Positions 52,671-64,000 of a DNA stretch of 64,000 nucleotides are shown in pieces. Position 1 is the first letter of the stretch; every line of letters starts with the position of its first letter. The notes beneath the pieces were generated by a model. That model was given only the letters and a program-made list of their open reading frames with translations. It did no database searches and was not told the DNA's origin. Source of the DNA: Eledone cirrhosa. Lineage: Eukaryota. A program made the position numbers and the translations under genes. Where the stretch lies: positions 15,810,001 to 15,874,000 of the forward strand of contig OZ024766.1 of the NCBI GenBank assembly GCA_964016885.1. The letters run 5' to 3'.

Positions 52671-55386
52671 GTCATGTTGAATGTTTTTCATGTTGTGGTA
52701 GGCATATTTCTGGCCATCCACCAGTCAAGGTTTATTTTCATCCACAAACTTACGCAACACTTCAATATCATGGTTTGTCTCCTGAAAAAGTGATTGTATT
52801 AACTCAATTTCTTCTGGCTCTGGCATCCTACATTGCTATTCATTGTTGGAATTCAATGGGACAGGTTGCAAAGAGGTTGATTGTAAATCTTGGAGGTAGA
52901 TTCCACATAAATATTGCTATAACGTCTTTGGGCTAGGTGTAGATAGTCGTCTGACATATTGTATTTGTGCTCCTGCCAGGGTAGATGAGATTTATTCCAC
53001 ATGCTGTGAGTATAGTAGCAAACAACTGTCTTATTTAACTGGCTACTCCAGTGACTGCTCCTTCTAGTCTCTCCTTCCAATATCACTTGTCATACAGGTG
53101 TCCATGGCTGTCTTATTTAACTGGCTACTCCAGTGACTGCTCCTTCTAGTCTCTTCTTCCAATGTCAGTTGTCATACAGGTGTCCATGGCTGTCTTATTT
53201 AACTGGCTACTCCAGTGTCTGCTCCTTCTAGTCCCTTCTTCCAATGTCAGTTGTCATACAGGTGTCCATGGCTGTCTTATTTAACTGGCTACTCCAGTGA
53301 CTGCTCCTTCTAGTCCCTTCTTCCAATGTCAGTTGTCATACAGGTGTCCATGGCTGTCTTGTTTAACTGGCTACTCCAGTGACTGCTCCTTCTAGTCTCT
53401 TCTTCCAATGTCAGTTGTCATACAGGTGTCCATGGCTGTCTTATTTAACTGGCTACTCCAGTGTCTGCTCCTTCTAGTCCCTTCTTCCAATGTCAGTTGT
53501 CATACAGGTGTCCATGGCTGTCTTATTTAACTGGCTACTCCAGTGACTGCTCCTTCTAGTCCCTTCTTCCAATGTCAGTTGTCATACAGGTGTCCATGGC
53601 TGTCTTGTTTAACTGGCTACTCCAGTGACTGCTCCTTCTAGTCTCTTCTTCCAATGTCAGTTGTCATACAGGTGTCCATGGCTGTCTTATTTAACTGGCT
53701 ACTCCAGTGTCTGCTCCTTCTAGTCCCTTCTTCCAATGTCAGTTGTCATACAGGTGTCCATGGCTGTCTTATTTAACTGGCTACTCCAGTGACTGCTCCT
53801 TCTAGTCTCTTCTTCCAATGTCAATTGTCATACAGGAGTCCATGACTGTTTTATTTAACTGGCTACTCCAGTGACTGCTCCTTCTAGTCTCTTCTTCCAA
53901 TGTCAGTTGTCATACAGGTGTCCATGGCTGTCTTGTTTAACTGGCTACTCCAGTGACTGCTCCTTCTAGTCTCTTCTTCCAATGTCAGTTGTCATACAGG
54001 TGTCCATGGCTGTCTTATTTAACTGGCTACTCCAGTGACTGCTCCTTCTAGTCTCTTCTTCCAATGTCAGTTGTCATACAGGTGTCCATGGCTGTCTTAT
54101 TTAACTGGCTACTCCAATGACTGCTCCTTCTAGTCTCTTCTTCCAATGTCAATTGTCATACAGGTGTCCATGGCCATCTTATTTAACTGGCTACTACAGT
54201 GACTACTCCTTCTAGACCCTTCTTCCAATGTCAGTTGTCATACAGGATTCCATGGCTGTCTTATTTAACTGGCTACTCCAGTGACTGCTCCTTCTCGTCT
54301 CTTCTTCCAATGTCAGTTGTCATACGGGTGTCCATGGCTGTCTTATTTAACTGGCTACTCCAGTGACTGCTCCTTCTAGTCTCTTCTTCCAATGTCAGTT
54401 GTCATACAGGTGTCCATGGCTGTCTTATTTAACTGGCTACTCCAGTGACTGCTCCTTCTAGTCTCTTCTTCCAATGTCAGTTGTCATACAGGTGTCCATG
54501 GCTGTCTTATTTAACTGGCTACTCCAATGACTGCTCCTTCTAGTCTCTTCTTCCAATGTCAATTGTCATACAGGTGTCCATGGCCATCTTATTTCACTGG
54601 CTACTACAGTGACTACTCCTTCTAGACCCTTCTTCCAATGTCAGTTGTCATACAGGATTCCATGGCTGTCTTATTTAACTGGCTACTCCAGTGACTGCTC
54701 CTTCTCGTCTCTTCTTCCAATGTCAGTTGTCATACGGGTGTCCATGGCTGTCTTATTTAACTGGCTACTACAGTGACTGCTCCTTCTAGTCCCTTCTTCC
54801 AATGTCAGTTGTCATACAGGATTCCATGGCTGTCTTATTTAACTGGCTACTCCAGTGACTGCTCCTTCTCGTCTCTTCTTCCAATGTCAGTTGTCATACG
54901 GGTGTCCATGGCTGTCTTATTTAACTGGCTACTACAGTGACTGCCCCTTCTTGTCTCTTCTTCCAATGTCAATTGCCATGCAGGAGTTGATGTTCTTTAA
55001 ATGCTTCTTGATATGTGCTGCACTCTTCCTCCAAATCACCTGAGATCCTCAAATGACGTTGGTCCTTGAACAATAAGCAGAAGTGGCTGTAAATAAAAAC
55101 TCTCTCTGTTGTTGGGGTGGTCATTGTAAACATGCCCAATAGCATCACTTGCCTTGATTTCATCACCTTCCACTAAATGACCCTGCTTCCTTTGATTCCA
55201 AGTCTTACAATTGGTCCAGGTGTAGTATTTTGGGATGTCAGCATATAGGAGGGATCGAAGAAATTCTTTATTCTGGCAGTGTTTCAAAAAAGCAGTTAGA
55301 GTAGTGTCAGGTGGTGCTGGTGTCAACTGATGAGAAGTGGTTTCAGTGAAGTACACACTCTGTCCATTTTCTATATGTATAGAGAT
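52671..55386 (-). mobile_element. Helitron Rep/helicase relic, unit 6
   Basis: ORFs 52853..53086(-) and 55036..55401(-). Confidence 0.87.
53026..54975. repeat. 82-bp minisatellite array, unit 6 (about 24 copies)
   Basis: Same monomer over about 1.95 kb; 54061 onward matches window position 1 onward. Confidence 0.97.
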
Positions 55387-57579
55387 AAGGATGAAAAGCA
55401 AAGTTAATCTCTCAGAGGTTAGCTTTGCCTTTCATCCCTACGGGGTCGATAAAATAAAGTACCAGTAATACACTGGGGTAATTGCTGGCCTTGTGCCTAA
55501 AGTAGAAACAATGTTTACGGGGTCGATAAAATAAAGTACCAGTAATGCACTGGAGTAATTGCTGGCCTTGTGCCTAAAGTAGAAACAGTTATTACGGGGT
55601 TGACAAAATAAACTACCAGTAATACACTGGCGTATTTACTGGCCTTGTGCCCAAAGTAGAAACAGTTATTACCTGGCTGATAAAATATAGTACCAGTAAT
55701 ACACTAGGGTAATTACTGGCCTTGTGTTAAAAGTAGAAACAATTATCACATTTCTTTTTAATAAATCACATCACTATAGAATTAAATACGACTGGAAATG
55801 TGTGTGAAGGTACTAAATTATGTCAGGGACTTGTCACGTTTGACACCGTACGAGAGTCGAAACATTCGCTAAGACACCGAGTACCTGCTGTCTTCGTTAT
55901 AACTTTAATTAATCTAATTATATCTTGTGTAACAATTATATATATATATACACACACAATTTTAATTCCCCGACATCAGTCTTACACTGTCATATCTATT
56001 CTTACTTTACAATTGTGTCTACTAAGAGTTCCATTACAATCTGTAGTAGTAAAACTACTATTTCACCAGAACATCTGCTATCAGTCATTTATAGACAATA
56101 TATATATTTGAGACCACGTATCAACCTAATATATATATATTTCCTATCAAATCTGTAGCTAAAGACATAGAGTCAGCCTCACTACTTCATTCTGACAAGA
56201 TATCAATTTATGACTAAAGATGAAGAAGATACACCAACGTTAATGTCGTGAAATAAAGCTGATAACATTGAAACTTCTAATTTGATAACAAAGAGATTAT
56301 TTCTTTGGTTGTTTAGTAACAACTAACAACACAATACATTGATTATATGTTAAGGAGGTAAGTTGACAAAGATTTACTTAATGTCTATATTAATGTGTGT
56401 AAATAATATAATTATTTTAACCCTACAACGATCTAGTAATTAACCAGATTCCACTGTTACATGTGATATAAAATATATTGTTATCATGACTCTTTATTAT
56501 TTAAATTACCTCCGTCTCTTTAATTATCTTGTTCACTACCTTACATTATAAAATATAGTTTATATTTAGCGGTACCTTGTTGTTGCTTTAAGTAAATTAA
56601 AGATATATTTATTATTTAAATTACCTCCGTCTATTTAATTATCTTGTTCACTACCATACATTATAAAATATAGTTTATATTTAGCTGTACCTTGTCATTG
56701 CTTTAAGTAAATTAAAGATATTTTTGTTATCTAAATTACCGCCGTCTATTTAATTATCTTGTTCACTACCTTACATTATAAAATATAGTTTATATGTATC
56801 TGTACCTTGTCATTGCTTTAAGTAAATTAAAGATATATTTATTATTTAAATTACCTCCGTCTATTTAATTATGTGGTTCACTACCTTACATTATAAAATA
56901 TAGTTTATATTTAGCTGTACCTTGTTATTGCTTTAAGTAAATTAATATTTTGTCTGTTTTAGTCTAAATCTCTTACAATTTAATTAACTTCATCTACTTA
57001 TGGTTGAACATTACTTTATTGTGGGTTTCATTTAATTGTAATTATGTCTGAGTTAGCCAGCCAAGTAGGGGTTTAGTATCTGTATTTCAGGGAACTGGTT
57101 TGATGGTGAAGGGACATCTGTTGGTGTGGGATCTCGGTGGCTGTACATAATAAGGTTCTAATACTCTAAAGAGCTAGCTGAATAACCGTCTGATACATGT
57201 CTTGTATAGAGGATCATAAAGCCATGTATAGAAGAGCAGTCAGCAATGTCAGGATTTACATTCATAGTGAAGTGGCAGTATCGGTAGGGAGTCGGACACC
57301 ATGGTTTGAGGCACAGAGTTACGTCCCTTTATGATCTGAGTTCAAATCCAGCTGAGGTTAACTTTGCCTTACATCCATACGGGGTCGATAAAATAAAGTA
57401 CCAGTAATGTACTGGGTAATTGCTGGCCTTGTGTTTAAAATAGAAACAATTATAGTGAAGAATTTGGAGTGTAGTCTGGTGTCCACCAGGGCTCTGTTCT
57501 TAGCCCTCACTTAGTTATTATCGTCCTGCAGCCTATAACAGATGTTTAAGACTGGCTGCCCAGGGGAACTCCTGTATGC

Positions 57580-58128
57580 ACAGCAGGACCTGAAGAATGC
57601 GATCATATGCATTTTCAAGGTCTATAAAACGATAATATATACCTCTTAGCAATACTCCCACGATTTCTCAAAGACCTGCCACAGTGTGAATATTTGGTGG
57701 GTTATGTTGCACCCAGGGAGCAAACAGCACTGTCCATCAGCTGTGACTCGCTACATCACTTTGCCAGAAACTTAGCATATACTTTACCATGGAGTCTTAA
57801 CAAGGTGATCCCTCTCTATTTGGAACAATCTCTTGTGTGTCCCTTTTTATCAATTGGGATTATCACTCCCGATTGCCTTTGCTTGAGTGCCATTTCAGAG
57901 ACCCAGGCCATCTGACACACATGAGTCGGTCATATTTGAGCTCTTTAATTGCTCTTGTGACCTCAGCCTCCGAGAGATTAGTCACTGCTATCAGATTCAC
58001 CTCATGTACATCCGAAGATGCTGTTGTGATCGGGTTTGGGAGATCAGCAAAGTATTCTCTCCACCTCATGAGGATCCATCTCTCTGAAGAGAAAAGAACC
58101 CCAGATACACTCATGGTTGCAGGTGTGG
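57580..58128 (-). mobile_element. RTE-clade LINE fragment, unit 6
   Basis: ORF 57863..58114(-). Confidence 0.8.
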
Positions 58129-58777
58129 AGAAAGATTTCTTGTAACTAATTAAAAACTAAAATAATTTGATTTTTCAATAAAAATTTCCAGGGTTTATAG
58201 ATGTAAAATTTCCACTGTTAAATCTATCTCTGCTTCTTAAGTATTCTCTATTATCTCATACTGTTTCTTTTTCATTTCAGAATATCAGATGACATTGGGA
58301 TAAATTATTATTTTCAATCTTGGATACATCACCTCTATTTATCATCATTTGAAGATTAAAACTTTTTAAACGGAGCTTATATAACACTGTTTATATAAAT
58401 CTATCAGAATTACTGTGAAAATTATTATTTTCAATCTTGGATACATCACCTTTATTTATCATCATTTGAAGATTAAAACTTTTTAAACAGAACTTATATA
58501 ACACTGTTTATACAAATCTATCAGAATTACTGTGATATATTTCCTCAGAACTGAGTTTAAAGACAAAATTTCTTTTCTTCACTGTGTGGTGTATATATGA
58601 GAGATATATTTTGTATTTTAACTCAGCTTCAATGACAAAGAAGTTTGCATCATCTTCAGGTATTAACTGAGATCATAATTGAGGGAAATATAACAGAAAT
58701 AATATTTTTTAGGAATATAATATAAAAAATATTAAAGAATAACATCTGTAAATTCTGCCAAGGGAAGAAGAATTATT

Positions 58778-60644
58778 ATGGAAAATAAATTGAGTGAAAA
58801 GAAGATTAAATGTGAAACAATGACTAAAGATATGGCTATTACAGAAGAGATGTCAAAGGATAGAGGAGAGAAGCCATATCACTGTGATGTCTGTGGTAAA
58901 TCATTCTCTGTTAGTAGTAAATTAACTAGTCACAAACGTATACATACAGTAGAGAAGCCATATCACTGTGATATCTGTGGTAAATCATTCTTTGTTAATG
59001 GTAATTTAACAAGCCACAAACGTACACATACAGGAGAGAAGCCATACCACTGTGATATCTGTGGTAAATCATTCTCTGAAAGTGGTAACTTAACTAGACA
59101 CAAACGTATACATACAGTAGAGAAGCCATATCACTGTGATATCTGTGGTAAATCATTCTTTGTTAATGGTAATTTAACAAGCCACAAACGTACACATACA
59201 GGAGAGAAGCCATATCACTGTGATATCTGTGGTAAATCATTCTTTGTTAATGGTAATTTAACTAGCCACATGCGTATACATACAGGTGAGAAGCCATATC
59301 ACTGTGATATCTGTGGTAAATCATTCTTTGTTAATAGTAAATTAACTAGACACAAACGTACACATACAGGAGAGAAGCCATATCACTGTGATATCTGTGG
59401 TAAATCATTCTCTGGAAGTAGTAATTTAACTAGCCACGTGCGTATACATATAGGTGACAAACCATATCACTGTGATATCTGTGGTAAATCATTCTCTCTA
59501 AGTAGTATATTAACTTGTCACATCCGTACCCATACAGGTGATAAGCCATATCACTGTGATGTCTGTGGTAAATCATTCTCTCGAAGTGGTACCTTAACTA
59601 GCCACAAACGTACCCATACAGGAGACAAACCATATCACTGTGATATCTGTGGTAAATCATTCTCTCGAAGTAGTCATTTAACTACACACAAACATATACA
59701 TACAGGAGAGAAGCCATATCACTGTGATATCTGTGGTAAATCATTCTCTTTTAGTAGTAATTTAACTTCTCACATACGTACTCATACAGGAGACAAGCCT
59801 TATCACTGTGATATCTGTGGTAAATCATTCTCTGAAAGTGGTAACTTAACTAGTCACAAAAGTATACATACAGGAGAGAAGCCATATAACTGTGATATCT
59901 GTGGTAAATCATTCTCTAAAAGTAGTATATTAACTAACCACATGCTTATACATATAGGTGAGAAACCATATCGCTGTGATATCTGTGGTCAATCATTCTC
60001 TCTAAGTAGTATATTAACTTGTCACATCCGTACCCATTACAGGTGACAAGCCATATCACTGTGATATCTGTGGTAAATCATTCTCTGAAAGTGGTAACTT
60101 AACTAGACACAGACGTATACATACAGGAGAGAGGCCATATCACTGTGATATCTGTGGTAAATCATTCTCTTTTAGTAGTAACATAAATTCTCACATACGT
60201 ACTCATACAGGAGAGAAGCCTTATCACTGTGATATCTGTGGTAAATCATTCTTTAATAATTTTAGTTTAACTAGACACGAACGTACCCATTCAGGAGAGA
60301 AGCCATATCACTGTGATATCTGTGGTAAATCATTCTTTGTTAATAGTAATTTAACTAGACACAAAAGTATACATACAGGAGAGAAGCCATATCACTGTCA
60401 TATCTGTGGTAAATCATTCTCTCGAAGAAGTTACTTAACTGAGCACTTACGTACCCATACAGGTGAGAAGCGATATCGCTGTGATATCTGTGGTAAATCG
60501 TTCTCTCAAAGTAGTCCCTTAACTCAACACTTACGTATCCATACAGGTGAGAAGCCACATCACTGTGATATCTGTGGTGAATCATTCTCTCAATTAAGTA
60601 GTTTAACTAGACACAAATATACCCATACAGGTAAGAAACCATAA
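58778..60644 (+). CDS. Tandem C2H2 zinc-finger gene, near-identical to ZNF-1, with a +1 frameshift after finger 14 (ZNF-6)
   Basis: ORF 58778..60046 (422 aa); acccataca became acccattaca at 60037-60038. Seven further fingers continue to the GKKP-TAA stop at 60644. Confidence 0.88.
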
Positions 60645-63640
60645 CAAAGTCATATCTCATTGTCTCAAAATTGTAAATTAATTAGACACAAATACATTCA
60701 TATGAGTGAGAAGTCATACCACTGTGATATTGCGGAGAAATTATTCTCTTGTATTGCTACATTAACTACATACTAACATAAATATATACTGGAGAAAAGC
60801 CATATTACTGTGATATCTGGGGGAAATTGTTATCTATAAAAGCTAGCTTAACTAGACACAAACATATACATACAGGAGAGAAACTATATCACTGTGATAT
60901 CTGTGGGAAATCATTCTCTGAAATAAGTCACTTCACTCGGCACTAACATTTAAAGAAAAGGAACCATATCGTTGTGATATCTGCAGTAAATCATTCTCTA
61001 AATGTTGTGGCTTCCCTACACACTAACATATACAGGAGAGGAACCATATCACTGTGATGTCTGTGATAAATCCTTCTCTAAATGTTGTGACTTTACTAGA
61101 CACTAACATATACAGGAGAGGAACCATATCACTGTGTTGTCTGTGGTAAATCATTTTCTAAATGTTGTGTTACCAACATAAGGTTACTTAATGGAACACA
61201 AACACGATCAGACAAGATAAAAACCATGTCACTCACCGAAAATAGTGCCACCAATGTTGCTAATGTTTTGAATAAAACTTGTTTGTTCTGAAATTATTCT
61301 CCTTTCATTTTATTTGTAGAAGTTGTAACCAAGACTTATGCTGACAAATCTGTATGGTACAGAATTTACAAACACTATATATATATATATATGTGTGCCA
61401 AAACATCTATGATCTCGGTTTACAGCTGATGAAGGGTTTCTTCTCTCCTTTCATCCATATTACCATCTTAAACTTTGTTTACAGTAACCACACAACTCCT
61501 TTCGTTTCTTATGATTTTATATATATATATAACAAAGGAGGTGTGGTAAAGAACCAGATGGACCATATACGCACCAGAGTACTCAATACTTAGGGTAGTA
61601 GAGCGGGTAATAGGAAAATGTTTAAACCCGACGGCAGAGCTCAATCCGTTTCGACGGCTATTTCTGGAAACAGTCCAGAAATAACCGTCGAAATGACTTT
61701 AGCTCTGCTGTCGGGGTTAAACATTTTCCTATATATATATATATATATATATATGTATGAGTGTATATGTCAGTGTGTAGAAAATTCTGTCCATGAAAAT
61801 GATTATCTTTATTTGTATATATGTATGTGTATGTTTATATGTGTTCTTATATACATGTGTGCACATCTTGATATATTTTCAGTGTCTGTTCTAGTTCTCA
61901 GAGTACAAATCCCACTGAGGTAAAGTTGCTTTGATATTTTGAGGCCAATAAATGAAATACCAGTGAAATACTGGGGTGGTTAATTCCTCTTCTTTGTCAT
62001 TGTCTGTTGTCTACTCTTGTCTTTCTCTGTATTTATATATATATACACAAAATTAAAATAAATTAAAATAAAATTAATCTAAATCAAATTATGGGTGTCA
62101 TGCCAGAAAGACATGTGACATATCACCCGTAAAATAAGCTCCATGGAGCTTATTTTACGGGTGATATGGCGCATGTCTTTCTGGAATGACACCCATAATT
62201 TGATATAGATTAATTTTATTTTAATTTATCTTAATTTTGGATATATATATATAAATACGGCCCCTTAATTGTAGAGATAACTCTGTTGAAAGGACGTGAC
62301 TGCTGTTTCTAGTTGTCAATAACCCTATTCACGCAACTGGGACGAAGCTGGTATGATGTGTGTATTTTTAGTAGATACAGCACGTGTTACTGGTCAGTCG
62401 CTGATTTGAACTTGATGCGTAAACACAGATGGTTGGACTTCTTCCTTGTTGAGAATCCAAGATCTGGCTACTGTCGTTTACCAATCGATTAATTGGTGAA
62501 ATATATTTCTTTAATGGAATATATACAAGGAAGATTAATCATTTTCTAAGGTATCTATTTTTGAAGTTCTAGTTAAATTTATTTAGTTACCTACCTAGCT
62601 ATGTCTGCTTACACACTTTTACAAATTATCCCCTGTGATTGTTTCATATGTTTATTTATATGTCAATCAATTTCTAGTTGATATATATATATATATATAT
62701 ATATACGTGGAAAAGTAAAATATAGCAGAACAGACCGTTAAAAGATGTTTATTTAAAATAGCACCTATGTAATTTTCACCTGGATGGGCTTCTCAAGGGT
62801 ATAAATAACTAAAAAGTGTTCTTTACATGGCCCAGAATGTGTTTTTAGAGATTAGTTCACGTCAGAGTTCATTCTTTGCAAAAAAGCGTGTTTTGATGTT
62901 GCAGTAGGTCAAGGGAGGTAACTCTAGCTGGTGTTAGGGCAGTCTTTCCCAGAAAATGTTTTTCTCTGTTAAAAGATATGGTTACAACCCTACCATTGTC
63001 GATACGCACAGGGTCAGGTATGCAACGTTTGTTTGCTGCACCTGCCCGCCTGGGTCATATGAAGCCATGTCTGGGATGCATGGTTAGTTTCCGGATTTTT
63101 TTTGCAGCGCCTGCTATATATATATATATATGAGCGAGACACAGTCACCCGACCTAACTTGCTTCTAAATACGACAAACCCGTCCAACCCATGCTAACAT
63201 GGAAGATAGACAATAATCGATGATGATGATATCTAGGGATTGTAACATTACCACAACAGAAGTCTGACAAGCTTTTAATTCCAGAGTCAGGCTAGATCAA
63301 TACAGATCAAACCTTGAGCTGATCGATAGCAAAACGTGCTTCACTGCTCAATAAATGTAATGAAGACATGACAAATTGTCCTCTCGCTATCTCTCTATAT
63401 ATAGAGAAAAGGTGAAGTTTGAAATAGCACGGAAAATATATTTTAGGGCCTGTTTTTCTGTTATATATCTTTTGATTCGTTAAAGTGACCCTATTGAAAA
63501 AATCATCATTCATCATCATTTCATTTCACGTCCGCTTTTTCCCTGCTTGCAAGGGTGGTACGGGAACTGATTGTGGCTTGATTTCTAAAGATGGATGCCC
63601 TTCCTAATGCCAACCTCATTTACAGTGAGTGCTGGGTGTT

Positions 63641-64000
63641 GTCATGTTGAATGTTTTTCAAGATGTTGTGGTAGGCATATTTCTGGTCATCCACCAGTCA
63701 AGGTTTATTTTCATCCACAAACTTACGCAACACTTCAATATCATGGTTTGTCTCCTGAAAAACTGATTGTATTACCTCAATTTCTTCTGGCTCTGGCATC
63801 CTGCATTGCTATTCATTGCTGGAATTCAATGGGACAGGTTGCACAGAGGTTGATTGTAAATCCTGGAGGTAGATTCCACATAAATATTGCTATAACATCT
63901 TTGGGCTAGGTGTAGATAGTCGTCTGACATATTGTTTTTGTACTCCTGCCAGGGTAGATGAGATTTATTCCAGATGCTGTGAGTATCGTAGCAAACAACT
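63641..64000 (-). mobile_element. Helitron relic of a seventh unit (truncated by window end)
   Basis: Matches 9421-9780; the window ends exactly where the minisatellite would begin. Confidence 0.85.

Noticed and set aside
54061-64000. Pure assembly false duplication of 1-9780
   Set aside because: Unit 6 lacks the unit-1 SINE, has a 117-bp duplication and different VNTR counts; an allelic haplotype join cannot be excluded without reads.

Overview
AT-rich eukaryotic (animal) DNA. The [15 protein letters not shown] finger consensus, (TA)n tracts and SINE/RTE content point to an octopus or other coleoid cephalopod; this is inference, not a database result. The whole window is a head-to-tail tandem array of a 8.5-15 kb cassette: six complete zinc-finger genes plus the start of a seventh unit. 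Each cassette runs in this order: a minus-strand Helitron Rep/helicase relic containing an 82-bp minisatellite amplified from Helitron coding sequence (about 4 to 80 copies); a tandemised SINE tail; a putative non-coding exon and about 2-kb intron holding a 115-bp VNTR, RTE-LINE fragments and a tRNA-SINE; a single-exon C2H2 gene (13-22 fingers, 33-aa leader with an IKCE motif, no recognisable effector domain); decayed fingers and a polyA signal; then two long palindromes and SINE/LINE tails. Flanks are highly similar between units, but finger number and recognition-helix order are heavily reshuffled, and the units are mosaics. No rRNA, true tRNA or CRISPR array was found. Coordinates of non-ORF features were read by eye and are approximate.
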